Positions 8,250 to 17,808 of a DNA stretch of 64,000 nt are shown here, in pieces. Made by a program: the position numbers and the translations under genes. Source of the stretch: a virus; the IMG/VR virus record IMGVR_UViG_3300025655_000022, positions 1 through 64,000 of that record. One strand, 5' to 3'. Each line of letters begins with the position of its first letter. Positions within the stretch are counted from its first letter, which is position 1. Below the pieces are notes generated by a model. The model worked only from the letters and a program-made list of their open reading frames with translations. It made no database searches and was not told where the DNA came from.

Positions 8250-9276
8250 CCGCCAACACTCTTATTTAAAAGATGAATTACTAGAAGCGACAGATCGTGT
8301 GCTTGCTAGTGGGCAGTGGATGGCTGGCGAAAATACAGAACAGTTTGAACAGTGGTTAGCACATAAAACTCACTCGCAATACGCAATCACTACGCATTCA
8401 GGCACTATTGCACTAGAAGCAATTGCAAAATACTACGAACGTTCTAATTATATTCCTGTTAAGCGTGCGTTAATTCCTACACTAACATTTCCTGCTACTG
8501 CCAATGCATTTATTAACTCTGGGTGGGATGTTGAATTTTTAGATTGTAATCGCAGCGGACAAGTAGAATGGCACAAACATGTGGATGGTAGCACAGAAGG
8601 TATTGCTGTTGGGGTTGGTCTATACGGAGAAGAAATATGTGATGTTCCGCATATTCCTTTTATTGAAGATGGGGCACAACATTGGTTGGCGGATGATTGC
8701 AGGCATCAAGGTCTAGCAACTACTATTAGTTTTGATCCAACTAAAAACTTACCAAGTACAGGTAACGGCGGTGCTATTGTAACTAATTCGGAAGTTATGT
8801 ATGAATGGTTAAAAGGTTACTTTAATCACGGTAAACATCATGTTCCATTTGCAGGCACAAACGCACGCATGAGTGAATTAGAAGCAGCTCATCTATTAGT
8901 TCGTAAAAATTATTTACAACATTGGCAAGGACGCAGACGTGCTATTGCTCGATATTGGATATATCGTTTCTCAGATACACCAGTGCGTGTATTATTGAGT
9001 CATATGGGAAATCACGCACTACAGAAATTTGTTATTGAAATTGATAACAGAGATCATGTAAGAGTCAATCTAGCAACAGATGGTATTGAAACCCGCATAC
9101 ATTATGAAAAACCTTTACACGAGTTAAAGCAATACGAAAAATATAAAGGACCAAACATGATGAGCGTTGCGAGCAGTTTAAGTAGACGTGTTTTAAGTTT
9201 GCCTTTCTACCCCGACTTGTCTGGCGATGAAGTGGAGTTTATAGCAGATCGGGTTCTACACCATGTACAGAAATAA
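8215..9276 (+). CDS. DegT/DnrJ/EryC1/StrS PLP-dependent sugar aminotransferase
   Basis: HSGTIAL, TFPATANA, IEDGAQ, SFDPTKNL (PLP lysine), GNGGAIVT, LSLPFYP. Confidence 0.92.
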   Translation: MSGFKIPFFGLDRQHSYLKDELLEATDRVLASGQWMAGENTEQFEQWLAHKTHSQYAITTHSGTIALEAIAKYYERSNYIPVKRALIPTLTFPATANAFINSGWDVEFLDCNRSGQVEWHKHVDGSTEGIAVGVGLYGEEICDVPHIPFIEDGAQHWLADDCRHQGLATTISFDPTKNLPSTGNGGAIVTNSEVMYEWLKGYFNHGKHHVPFAGTNARMSELEAAHLLVRKNYLQHWQGRRRAIARYWIYRFSDTPVRVLLSHMGNHALQKFVIEIDNRDHVRVNLATDGIETRIHYEKPLHELKQYEKYKGPNMMSVASSLSRRVLSLPFYPDLSGDEVEFIADRVLHHVQK

Positions 9277-11260
9277 AGTATTCTTGTAACCATTTCCATT
9301 CATACGTCTTGCGTAGTTCATCAAAGTTTCCGTTAACCTTTTCATAGTAAGCAACACCGTCAGCTGCTCCCTGCTTGCTCCAATATCCAATTGCACCTTC
9401 GCCTTTGGTTAGCCATTGCTTTAGACGATATTCTGTGTCTATTGTAGATTTTGCGTCTTTTAATTTAATTGCTTCGCGGAAAGCAGAGCGCCAGGCAGTC
9501 CATGGATCATCTGCATAGTTAGCAACTCCACTTAATACAGGAACCACTTCGTGTTCTTGATCCATTGTAAAGTCAAGACCTTGTGCTTCGTTATGTAAAG
9601 TTAATTCTTTATGATATGCAATCATTGCCATGTGTCCGTACTCTAGCCCATTAATGGGATTTTGAGCATGGAAAATATAATGCTTGTTCTTTTGCATACG
9701 ATCCGGTTGCCATGACCAATCAAAGTTTTCATCTACAGTTAGTTTAGCAAATACACAAAACGCCCACGGCGTTTCACTTATGCGCAATGCTGCTTGATAT
9801 GCTGCAACACGACCGTCAACGCCATCACTGCGAACTAATCTATTAGGTTTACCACGCAATATCTTTTGCAGGTGTTCCCAATTTTTTTCGGCAATTTTTT
9901 CACCATTGGAAATAAACACAACATCTAGTGGTTTATCAACTAAATTTCTACTATATGTTTTGTCAATATATGGATAATCGTACAATTCTTCTAAAATCGC
10001 CGTTTTTGCGTCTCTAGGTACTACTACAACACTATTTCCAGTGCTAAACGGTACAATAGTGCGTGTTTTTTCTCTCCATAGTGGAATAACCGGTGTTTTG
10101 TCTACAGGACGATCAGTAAATAAGGTTAATGGCTCTAAAAAGGTATGCGCCTTAACAGCATCTACAATGGAGTTACCGTTGGTATGAACTATTGGCATAG
10201 ACCATCTTGGCACATCTATACTGTCAACAAAATGTATGGTATCATACCATTCTAATAATTCAGCTCTAGCAATGCGGTTATTAAATGTTGGTGTGTTTAC
10301 TAAAAATGTGTCTCCAAACTTTTCGCCATCGCTTGGAAAAACGTGTAACATTGTGCCTTGCCATACTTCCGGATGCCAGGAAAAATCAAATTTAGAATAA
10401 TCACAAACGCTAGAACATACCCAAACATAATCGTGTTCTTCACGAGATAATATACGTTGCAATGTTCCTTTGTACGAGCTAATAAAGCGAGCAACTTTTT
10501 TAACTGTAAGCCCTTTGGATTCTAATTGTTTCTTAACTGTTTCTGTTTCCGGATTGCCATGATCTATTAGATAAACATCCTTTGTTACACTGATACTTTT
10601 AACACGTTCTTGAGTTACATACTTTGTTGCAATTGCACCTTCGATTTTGTACAGAGGACCGCCGGTCTTTTGCCATTGTGTACCAAACTGATAATCATAT
10701 GCTGGTTCTGTTGCATCTGGGTGCCATGTATAATCAAACCCTTCAAGCTCAACATCATCAGGAATAATCCAATTATCATCTATGGTTGTTTTTGTAATGC
10801 GATTTTCACGAACATATTTTACTACCGTTGCACCTGGCATTACATAACGTGGTCCACCGGTCTTTTGCCATTGCGTACCAAATTGATAAATGTACGGCGG
10901 CTCTGTTGGATCAGGATGCCATGTATAATCAAAACCGTCAACTTCTGTGTTATCCCAATTATCTTTGCTAGGCAATCGATATGCAGTCATCCCAGCATGA
11001 TATTGTGTATCTGTCCATCCTCCCTTAGGGCATAGACAAGTACCCGAATCCTTATTCCATTGACTAGCATATACGTGTCGCTGATGTGCTTCCCACGGCT
11101 TAGGCTCCCAAAGAAAATCAAACTCAGAATAGTCACATAAGTAATGTATGATCCAGAAGTATCTAGTTCTACTTAACTCTTGTGCTTCTTCTAAAGTCTT
11201 TACTTCACGCTCGTGAGCAAATTGATTTGGTTTTGGTCCAATATAAAATACGTCAAACAT
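9239..11260 (-). CDS. multidomain glycosyltransferase-like protein with internal repeats
   Basis: C-terminal ~230 aa align by eye with 31143..32069 (DVVFIS, SDGVDG, NPINGLEYG, AWRSAFREAIKL); several FD[YFW]xWxP repeats. Confidence 0.6.
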   Translation of the reverse strand: MFDVFYIGPKPNQFAHEREVKTLEEAQELSRTRYFWIIHYLCDYSEFDFLWEPKPWEAHQRHVYASQWNKDSGTCLCPKGGWTDTQYHAGMTAYRLPSKDNWDNTEVDGFDYTWHPDPTEPPYIYQFGTQWQKTGGPRYVMPGATVVKYVRENRITKTTIDDNWIIPDDVELEGFDYTWHPDATEPAYDYQFGTQWQKTGGPLYKIEGAIATKYVTQERVKSISVTKDVYLIDHGNPETETVKKQLESKGLTVKKVARFISSYKGTLQRILSREEHDYVWVCSSVCDYSKFDFSWHPEVWQGTMLHVFPSDGEKFGDTFLVNTPTFNNRIARAELLEWYDTIHFVDSIDVPRWSMPIVHTNGNSIVDAVKAHTFLEPLTLFTDRPVDKTPVIPLWREKTRTIVPFSTGNSVVVVPRDAKTAILEELYDYPYIDKTYSRNLVDKPLDVVFISNGEKIAEKNWEHLQKILRGKPNRLVRSDGVDGRVAAYQAALRISETPWAFCVFAKLTVDENFDWSWQPDRMQKNKHYIFHAQNPINGLEYGHMAMIAYHKELTLHNEAQGLDFTMDQEHEVVPVLSGVANYADDPWTAWRSAFREAIKLKDAKSTIDTEYRLKQWLTKGEGAIGYWSKQGAADGVAYYEKVNGNFDELRKTYEWKWLQEYFISVHGVEPDLL
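10656..10936 (-). repeat. intragenic tandem duplication, 195-bp (65-aa) period
   Basis: GFDYTWHPDPTEPPYIYQFGTQWQKTGGP and GFDYTWHPDATEPAYDYQFGTQWQKTGGP; DNA copies start at 10656 and 10851. Confidence 0.9.
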
Positions 11261-11268
11261 TATAAATT

Positions 11269-12477
11269 ATGATTCGAATTGATGAGCTATATGATAACAC
11301 ATTTTGGCCTTGGTTGCAAGAACATGCTCCCGGTGTACGAATGTTTTATTGTGATCCACCCGGACATACTAGTGTCGATTGTTTATTTAATCACGGTTAC
11401 GATGATTGGCATAAAGAATTTGATTTTATCTTTATGCACGATCAAGAGCCGGTAGATTTAGATTTATATCAAAATCTCTTCGACGAAGTTGCATCACGTA
11501 ATGCAGATCTATCATTAGATACTCCGTATCCGGTTACTGATCCTCCAGAACCCTTTCCTTATTGGGATCCATTAATCCACTCAATCGATATGCTGCCTCC
11601 ATCATGGGGGTACAAATACACAAAGGCGCAAGGCGGGATTGTTGTTTCTGAAAAAGGTGCATTTGTTGATAAATTAATTGATACGTATGGATGGAGAAGT
11701 TATTACTACTTCTGGCACGGCTGGGCAGCATTAGACTGGTATCGTGGTTATGATCGTACATTTTTAGTTAAGCGTGCTGTTACTCGCAATCCAACTAGAA
11801 CATTTATGTCTCCTAACCGTATCATCGGCGGCCATCGCGACCATCGCGTGTTATTCTTATATGAAGTATTCAAGCGTAACTTACAGCATAATCATATTAG
11901 TGCTCCTCGTACCTGTCCTGTAGAACATACAGACATTACACACATTGCATCAAAATATCAGGATCGTATTCCTGATATTACTCAGGTACTATCTACAGAA
12001 GAATTACCAATTACATTTACCAATGAAGATACTCAAAAAATGTCATCGTGCTGGTTAGATAACTTTGATGCTGCGACGGATAGTATGTTTTACGTGCCTA
12101 CCGAAACTATATATTTTGGCAAGCGTTTACATATTACAGAAAAAACTTTTAAAGCCATTGCGCTTGAAATGCCTTTTATACTTGTTGCTCCAGCACACAG
12201 TTTAGAATACCTGCGTTCTTACGGATTTAAAACATTTGGAGATTTTATTGACGAAAGTTACGACGATGAAGAAGATGACTTAATTCGTATACAGAAAGTA
12301 GGGCAATTACTTGAAGATATAGATAATTTATCATATAATGAAAAACAACAATTATGGGAGCATTGTTCAAGGGTTGCTACACATAACTACAATCACTTTT
12401 ACAACGGTGCTTTTGAAAAGATTTTATGGGAAGAATTAACTGCAATGCTAGAACAAATCAAACAAGATTATGTATAA
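11269..12477 (+). CDS. TEK-motif putative glycosyltransferase (GT10/GT-B-like), paralog 1
   Basis: C-terminal ET..HITEKTFKAI..PFIL..LRSYGFKTF..IDESYD, shared with three other genes here and resembling the GT10 E-N-S..Y-x-T-E-K motif. Confidence 0.55.
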   Translation: MIRIDELYDNTFWPWLQEHAPGVRMFYCDPPGHTSVDCLFNHGYDDWHKEFDFIFMHDQEPVDLDLYQNLFDEVASRNADLSLDTPYPVTDPPEPFPYWDPLIHSIDMLPPSWGYKYTKAQGGIVVSEKGAFVDKLIDTYGWRSYYYFWHGWAALDWYRGYDRTFLVKRAVTRNPTRTFMSPNRIIGGHRDHRVLFLYEVFKRNLQHNHISAPRTCPVEHTDITHIASKYQDRIPDITQVLSTEELPITFTNEDTQKMSSCWLDNFDAATDSMFYVPTETIYFGKRLHITEKTFKAIALEMPFILVAPAHSLEYLRSYGFKTFGDFIDESYDDEEDDLIRIQKVGQLLEDIDNLSYNEKQQLWEHCSRVATHNYNHFYNGAFEKILWEELTAMLEQIKQDYV

Positions 12478-13678
12478 ATTTTACGTAGACAAGATTGCTA
12501 AAAACGCTATTGGGTTCTCTAAACCGCACCCAAACTGCACCTTGTGGAGTGCTAAACCATATACACCAGAATGGAGACAGTTTAGTACACAGTGGCCATA
12601 TTCCGAACCAGTGATGTTGTTTGAGTACATGGATTACTGGAATATAGAATATAAGATAGTAGATATTCATTCGACTGATAACAATACATTATATCCAATT
12701 GCACTTAGTTTTTTTGATTTCGCAGTTGATTGGTTTAATTTGTTTAAACCAGAAGTATTAACAAAAATACATCAAAAAAAATTAAAGGTGTTATTCTATT
12801 ACAGCGAAGGCGATAATCCCGAACGTATTAACAATAGATTAACAGAGTTATGTGAGAAATACTGTATACCCAGGGAGCAAGTGTTGTTTGCAAGTGCTAA
12901 TAGTGCGTGCCGTGATATACCTTATTTCTTTCACATAGTTGATGACGAATTATTGTTTAACTTTCGTAATAGAGAAACCGATCCTGTTGAGTATCATGAA
13001 CGTGTGCGAGGTAAAAAGTTTACAGCATTAGTTAGAATGCACAAGTACTGGCGTGCTAACACAATGGCTAAAATATGGGAACATGGTAACTATCAACAAG
13101 GATACTTTGGATACAGTAGCGAAATAACTGCTGACGAAACCGAATACGATAATCCCGTTGAAGTAGATCGGTTCGCAGGGTTGCGTGAACTGACACGTTT
13201 ATTTTTAAAAGAGTTGCCGTTTGTCGCAGATGATCTAAGTGTAGTTCAACACAACAATCATACACTAGCGTATCCGGAGCATTACAAATGCAGTTACCTA
13301 AATATTGTACTAGAATCACACATGGACGTGGATCAAAGCTATGGTGCGTTTCTAACAGAAAAAACATTTAAACCGATTAAGAATGCACAACCATTTATCA
13401 TATTTGGCGGACCGTCAAGCCTACGTTTGCTTAGAAGACTAGGATATAAAACATTCGAAAGTATAATCGATAACAGTTATGACGATATTACAGATACAAC
13501 AAAACGTTGGGACGCTGCGATTAATTTAACATTAGATTTAATCAGCTTAAATAACAAACAGTTACGTGAGATATACATGGCCTGTAAGTCTGATATACTT
13601 CACAATCAAGAATTATTTTTGTCAAACAAAAAAGATAGAGTTTTAAAACTTTTAAGAGATATAAATGAATCCAATTAA
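12470..13678 (+). CDS. TEK-motif putative glycosyltransferase, paralog 2
   Basis: ES..FLTEKTFKPI..PFIIFG..LRRLGYKTF..IDNSYD. Confidence 0.55.
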   Translation: MYKFYVDKIAKNAIGFSKPHPNCTLWSAKPYTPEWRQFSTQWPYSEPVMLFEYMDYWNIEYKIVDIHSTDNNTLYPIALSFFDFAVDWFNLFKPEVLTKIHQKKLKVLFYYSEGDNPERINNRLTELCEKYCIPREQVLFASANSACRDIPYFFHIVDDELLFNFRNRETDPVEYHERVRGKKFTALVRMHKYWRANTMAKIWEHGNYQQGYFGYSSEITADETEYDNPVEVDRFAGLRELTRLFLKELPFVADDLSVVQHNNHTLAYPEHYKCSYLNIVLESHMDVDQSYGAFLTEKTFKPIKNAQPFIIFGGPSSLRLLRRLGYKTFESIIDNSYDDITDTTKRWDAAINLTLDLISLNNKQLREIYMACKSDILHNQELFLSNKKDRVLKLLRDINESN

Positions 13679-14708
13679 TGCCTATACATCGTGGGATCCA
13701 CTAGAAGAAGTTATCGTGGGTCGTTGTTATCCACCAGAATATTTTGATTTTATTCAGGATGATACTGTACGCAATCAGTTACAACGTGTGTTACGTGAGA
13801 CTGAAGAAGATCTAGATAACTTGCAAAAAGTTTGCGAAACATATGGTGCTACAGTTCGTCGCCCAACATTACAAATTACAAAAGATCAATTTTATCAATG
13901 GCAAACACAAGATGGCGGAGCGCCTTTGCCACCATTAACACCAAGAGATTGGCAAATTACATTAGGTGATAAATTATTACGTGTATTGAGAATGCATGAA
14001 CTTGATCATATTTGTGATGATTACGAAGCACAAGGTGGCAAAGTCATTAATCCTCACGGCGATTATTATGATGAAAATTGTATTCTAAATGGCGGGAGTG
14101 CTAGTTGCATTGTGCGTGTGGGGCGTGACGTATTTTTTGACAATTCAGAATTCTTAACTGAAGCACAAAGTTCATGGATTAAACAAAATGTACTAAATGA
14201 TCAGGATTATCGATTTCATGAAGCACGCACTGAAGGACACGGCGATGCTGTGTTTGCTATCTTAAAACCTGGTGTTATTCTTAGCACGTATCATGCAGAT
14301 GATTTAAATTTAGATGCAGAGTTTCCAGGGTGGGACTTTTTACGTTTAAATGATAGTTCTATTATTGCTGCACAAATGATCGGACGTGTTAAAGAAGAAA
14401 ACCGTTTAGATGAGTCGTGGTATTTACAAGGTGATCGTCCAACAGAACAGTTCAGAGATTATGTTAATAACTATCTAACACACTGGTTAGGTTATATTAA
14501 TGAAACTGTGTTTGACGTTAACTGCTTGGTATTAGATGAACAAAACGTTGTTTTTAGTGCAGAAAACAAAGAAGTATTTAAATTCTGTGAGAAACACGGC
14601 ATTAACCCTATTGTTAGCCCGCTAAGACATCAGTATTTTTGGGACGGTGGTGTTAGTTGCTGCACACAAGACATTCGCAGACGCGGCGGATTAGAAACTT
14701 ATCTTTAA
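13665..14708 (+). CDS. amidinotransferase (glycine / inosamine-phosphate StrB1 family)
   Basis: N-terminal WDPLEEVIVG, PRD, GHGD (catalytic His), FDVN, C-terminal GGVSCCT (catalytic Cys): pentein fold. Confidence 0.88.
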   Translation: MNPINAYTSWDPLEEVIVGRCYPPEYFDFIQDDTVRNQLQRVLRETEEDLDNLQKVCETYGATVRRPTLQITKDQFYQWQTQDGGAPLPPLTPRDWQITLGDKLLRVLRMHELDHICDDYEAQGGKVINPHGDYYDENCILNGGSASCIVRVGRDVFFDNSEFLTEAQSSWIKQNVLNDQDYRFHEARTEGHGDAVFAILKPGVILSTYHADDLNLDAEFPGWDFLRLNDSSIIAAQMIGRVKEENRLDESWYLQGDRPTEQFRDYVNNYLTHWLGYINETVFDVNCLVLDEQNVVFSAENKEVFKFCEKHGINPIVSPLRHQYFWDGGVSCCTQDIRRRGGLETYL

Positions 14709-15457
14709 AAGGGTTCCATCGAAAACGGATACAGCGGCGTTTCTTTTCCTGTACAAATTGGATGATCTAATACATGTAACGCATAAAAGTTAGGAATATT
14801 ATATATAGAAGACTTTTTGCAGATTTTCCTAACTTCATTTTTTTGGTTAAATTCTGTCAACGCCAATTCTTCCCCGCAAAACGGGTTAAACATAAAACTA
14901 GTTTCTACATCATCAAAGTATAAAGGCATTGCAGGTAAATATCTTTTTGCATCCATTTGAAACAATGGAAATGCATTTATTGTACTTGTGTATTGGTCTA
15001 AATCAACACTAACAAATCCTAAAACTCCAGAGAAATCATTACAGAACTCTGGAATAGTATTTTTAACATCACCGATTACAAGGGTTGCCCGATTGTTAAT
15101 CTTTTCAAGTAATGTGTTGATATCAACACGAAAATCACCCGGCAACCAAAGTTCTGGATGATCTCTGTAATCAACCGGCGGCGGCATCCCGTTTCCAACA
15201 TCAAATCCAGTTATTGTAAATTCTATATCAAATTCATTTCTATAAAATTCAGAATGTTCAATTAATGACAACAGTCCGCCGCCGTTTGCCACTCCTAACT
15301 CAATTACATCTATATGGTCTAACCCTAAACATTTTGCTTCCCAAACACTCATTAGTAAGCCTAAAGATGTACTTCTGTTTCCTTGAATTTCTAGACTATT
15401 TGATCTAATACGACTTGCAATATCGCGTATCTTATTCTCAATATTTCTTAACTGCAT
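14705..15457 (-). CDS. TylF/MycF-like class I SAM-dependent O-methyltransferase
   Basis: VIELGVANGGG, GFDVGNGMP, GDVKNTI, FVSVDLDQYTST, YFDD. Confidence 0.7.
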   Translation of the reverse strand: MQLRNIENKIRDIASRIRSNSLEIQGNRSTSLGLLMSVWEAKCLGLDHIDVIELGVANGGGLLSLIEHSEFYRNEFDIEFTITGFDVGNGMPPPVDYRDHPELWLPGDFRVDINTLLEKINNRATLVIGDVKNTIPEFCNDFSGVLGFVSVDLDQYTSTINAFPLFQMDAKRYLPAMPLYFDDVETSFMFNPFCGEELALTEFNQKNEVRKICKKSSIYNIPNFYALHVLDHPICTGKETPLYPFSMEPF

Positions 15458-16941
15458 ACCTTAACACCATACTTACGTTCAAAACGATCAGCATCCTTAC
15501 GATTGTTTACCATCGGTTCTCCGCGAATGTTTAGACTTGTGTTTAATAACATTGGGCAACCTGTTAGGTTATACCAGGCTTCGAGTAACTTACGAATACC
15601 GGTATCGTCTTTAGGTACTGTTTGTACACGACTTGTTCCGTCAACATGCACAATAGCAGGAAATTCATCTGGGTTGGTACAACGTGCAACTGCCTGCATA
15701 TAAGGACTAGTTTCAAACCCATGTGGCATATCAAAGTATTCGTGCGCATATTCTTCTAGTATAACAGGTGCAAACGGGCGAAAACGTTGTCTGCGTTTAA
15801 TATCATTTACCCGATCTTTGATATCTGGACCTCTGGGATCTGCTAATAACGAGCGTGTGCCTAGCGCACGTGGTCCAAATTCAGCACGTCCTGATGCTAC
15901 ACCCACAATCTTGTGAGATAATAATTCATCTAATAATTGTTTAACTGGATATTCTCCAGGAATGTTTAATCCTAAAAATGCATTAACCCAGTTTAACTTT
16001 TTACCATACGCCAGTGCTGCTGCGCCCAATGAACTACCAGCATCACCTGGATTAGGCATGATCCAGATATTATCATAAAAGTTACCTAGATTACGATTTG
16101 CTAAACAGTTAAGAGCAACTCCGCCCATGTATACTAAATTTTTACTGGTACCTAATTGTCGTGCTTTGCTCATGATATTGTAAATCATTGACTCGGTGAT
16201 CTCTTGTGTTGAGCAAGCAATGTTTTCTAGGTTGGCAGAATCATCCAAGAAGGTACCGGTACCAATATGCATGTTATGTTTGAACTGTGGAGGGTTAATT
16301 GTTTCAACAAATTCATCAAGAATTTCTTTGGTGTAATATGGCTTACCCCATCCTACCATGCCCATTAAAATATATTCTTCGTCCAATGGGCGCAACCCAC
16401 AACGCTGAGTAAATGCTGAATAGAATAACCCAATACTTTGGGGGTATTTCATACCCCAGAGTTTTTTATACTTTGCTATACCATTCTTGTTGTACTCGGC
16501 ATGCCAAATACTAATAGTATCTAGTTCTCCAATCGCATCAATAACAACCACAGTTGCGTCCATGTATGGACTTGTTTGAAATCCTGCTGCTGCATGTGAT
16601 CGATGGTGGGTATATTGTTTTAATTTTTTATTGTATAATAGATTTTCGTGTCCGACAAACTGTTTTAATAATACATCACGCAAACTAAAGTCCCATTGCG
16701 TAATGCGCTCGCCCGATCGGAACTGGCGCAGTTTCTTTAACCAATGATTTTCATAATATGCTACGGTATCAATATCACCATAACCGGCTGCTTCTTCTAG
16801 TATATCATAACACAAGTTTTCATCGTGCTTTCGTTTACTATAACGTTCAGAATGTCCGGCAAATAGTATATTGCCGTTACAGTCAATTACACTTACTCCG
16901 GCATCATGGAAACCGGCACTGATACCTAATATGTTACCCAT
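15448..16941 (-). CDS. carbamoyltransferase (NodU/CmcH/TobZ family)
   Basis: GISAGFHDAG, ERYSKRKH, HHRSHAAAG, VIDAIGE, GGVALNC, GDAGSSLGAA, EFGPRALGTRS, RPFAP, HVDGTSRVQTV, LLNTSLN. Confidence 0.95.
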   Translation of the reverse strand: MGNILGISAGFHDAGVSVIDCNGNILFAGHSERYSKRKHDENLCYDILEEAAGYGDIDTVAYYENHWLKKLRQFRSGERITQWDFSLRDVLLKQFVGHENLLYNKKLKQYTHHRSHAAAGFQTSPYMDATVVVIDAIGELDTISIWHAEYNKNGIAKYKKLWGMKYPQSIGLFYSAFTQRCGLRPLDEEYILMGMVGWGKPYYTKEILDEFVETINPPQFKHNMHIGTGTFLDDSANLENIACSTQEITESMIYNIMSKARQLGTSKNLVYMGGVALNCLANRNLGNFYDNIWIMPNPGDAGSSLGAAALAYGKKLNWVNAFLGLNIPGEYPVKQLLDELLSHKIVGVASGRAEFGPRALGTRSLLADPRGPDIKDRVNDIKRRQRFRPFAPVILEEYAHEYFDMPHGFETSPYMQAVARCTNPDEFPAIVHVDGTSRVQTVPKDDTGIRKLLEAWYNLTGCPMLLNTSLNIRGEPMVNNRKDADRFERKYGVKVCS

Positions 16942-17689
16942 TTCTTACCTTGTTGTTGTATATACAGGCTTGTTCTAACACAGTCATTGGCGCACCTGCT
17001 TCGCGTGACAGTTTAATCATTGCACGTGTATCTTTAGGAAAGCAATGTCCTCCCCAGCCGCGTTCTTTGGTTACGTATGAATGATCTGGGCCAATGCGTT
17101 CGTCTCTACATAAACTATAGCGCACATTGTTAAAATCCGCACCTACGTTCTCACATAAGTCATATAACTGATTAAAGAAACTTACTTTAGTTGCTAAGAA
17201 ACTGTTTTCAGCATACTTAACAAGGCTAGCTTCAATATCTGTTATATAATGTGCTGCAATATACGGAAATGCTTTTGTCCAAACATCAAGCCAAAAATCT
17301 TGATTGCCGCCGCCAAAAATAACATAATCTTGTGTTGCAAAATCTCTATCAGCACTATTAGCACGTAAAAACTCTGGACTATATGTAATCTCGTGATTGG
17401 GAAATTGTTGTTTTAGATCTAGTACGCCTTTAACGTCAACTGCTGATTTGATTACAACCGGAATAGCACTATCTATGGTTGTTAAAACTTGTGCTACATG
17501 CGAATAATCGCACGAACCATCGGCAGCACTTGGTGTATTAACACAAACAATAACACCGTCTATATTGTTATAATCCTCTATGGTTTCTGGGCCAATTTTG
17601 GGATCAACAACAATAATATCCATGTGCTTGCTAAATTTAGCAGCAACAGCATGACCAACAAAACCATATCCTGCAATTGCTATATTCAT
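16934..17689 (-). CDS. ugd: UDP-glucose/GDP-mannose 6-dehydrogenase family (short; lacks C-terminal domain)
   Basis: GYGFVG, VCVNTP, IKS, SPEFLR, KYAENSFLATKVSFFN, catalytic GGHCFPKD; only 251 aa. Confidence 0.88.
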   Translation of the reverse strand: MNIAIAGYGFVGHAVAAKFSKHMDIIVVDPKIGPETIEDYNNIDGVIVCVNTPSAADGSCDYSHVAQVLTTIDSAIPVVIKSAVDVKGVLDLKQQFPNHEITYSPEFLRANSADRDFATQDYVIFGGGNQDFWLDVWTKAFPYIAAHYITDIEASLVKYAENSFLATKVSFFNQLYDLCENVGADFNNVRYSLCRDERIGPDHSYVTKERGWGGHCFPKDTRAMIKLSREAGAPMTVLEQACIYNNKVRNG

Positions 17690-17808
17690 TTGTAGATAAA
17701 CGGATCGCGCTTACGTAATTCTTTTAGTTTCTTTCTGTAACGAATTTCAAGTTTAATCTTATTATATAATCTTCCAAAAATATTAATCTTCTTTAAAAAT
17801 GCTTTCAT
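17686..17808 (-). CDS. small basic protein, 40 aa (absent from the ORF track)
   Basis: MKAFLKKINIFGRLYNKIKLEIRYRKKLKELRKRDPFIYK; fills the gap exactly with TAATG and ATGA overlaps. Confidence 0.8.
   Translation of the reverse strand: MKAFLKKINIFGRLYNKIKLEIRYRKKLKELRKRDPFIYK

Noticed and set aside
10656-10936. Diversity-generating retroelement TR/VR pair or CRISPR-like repeat
   Set aside because: Both copies are in frame within one CDS, differences in the conserved core are mostly synonymous rather than adenine-specific, and no reverse transcriptase or cas gene is in the window.
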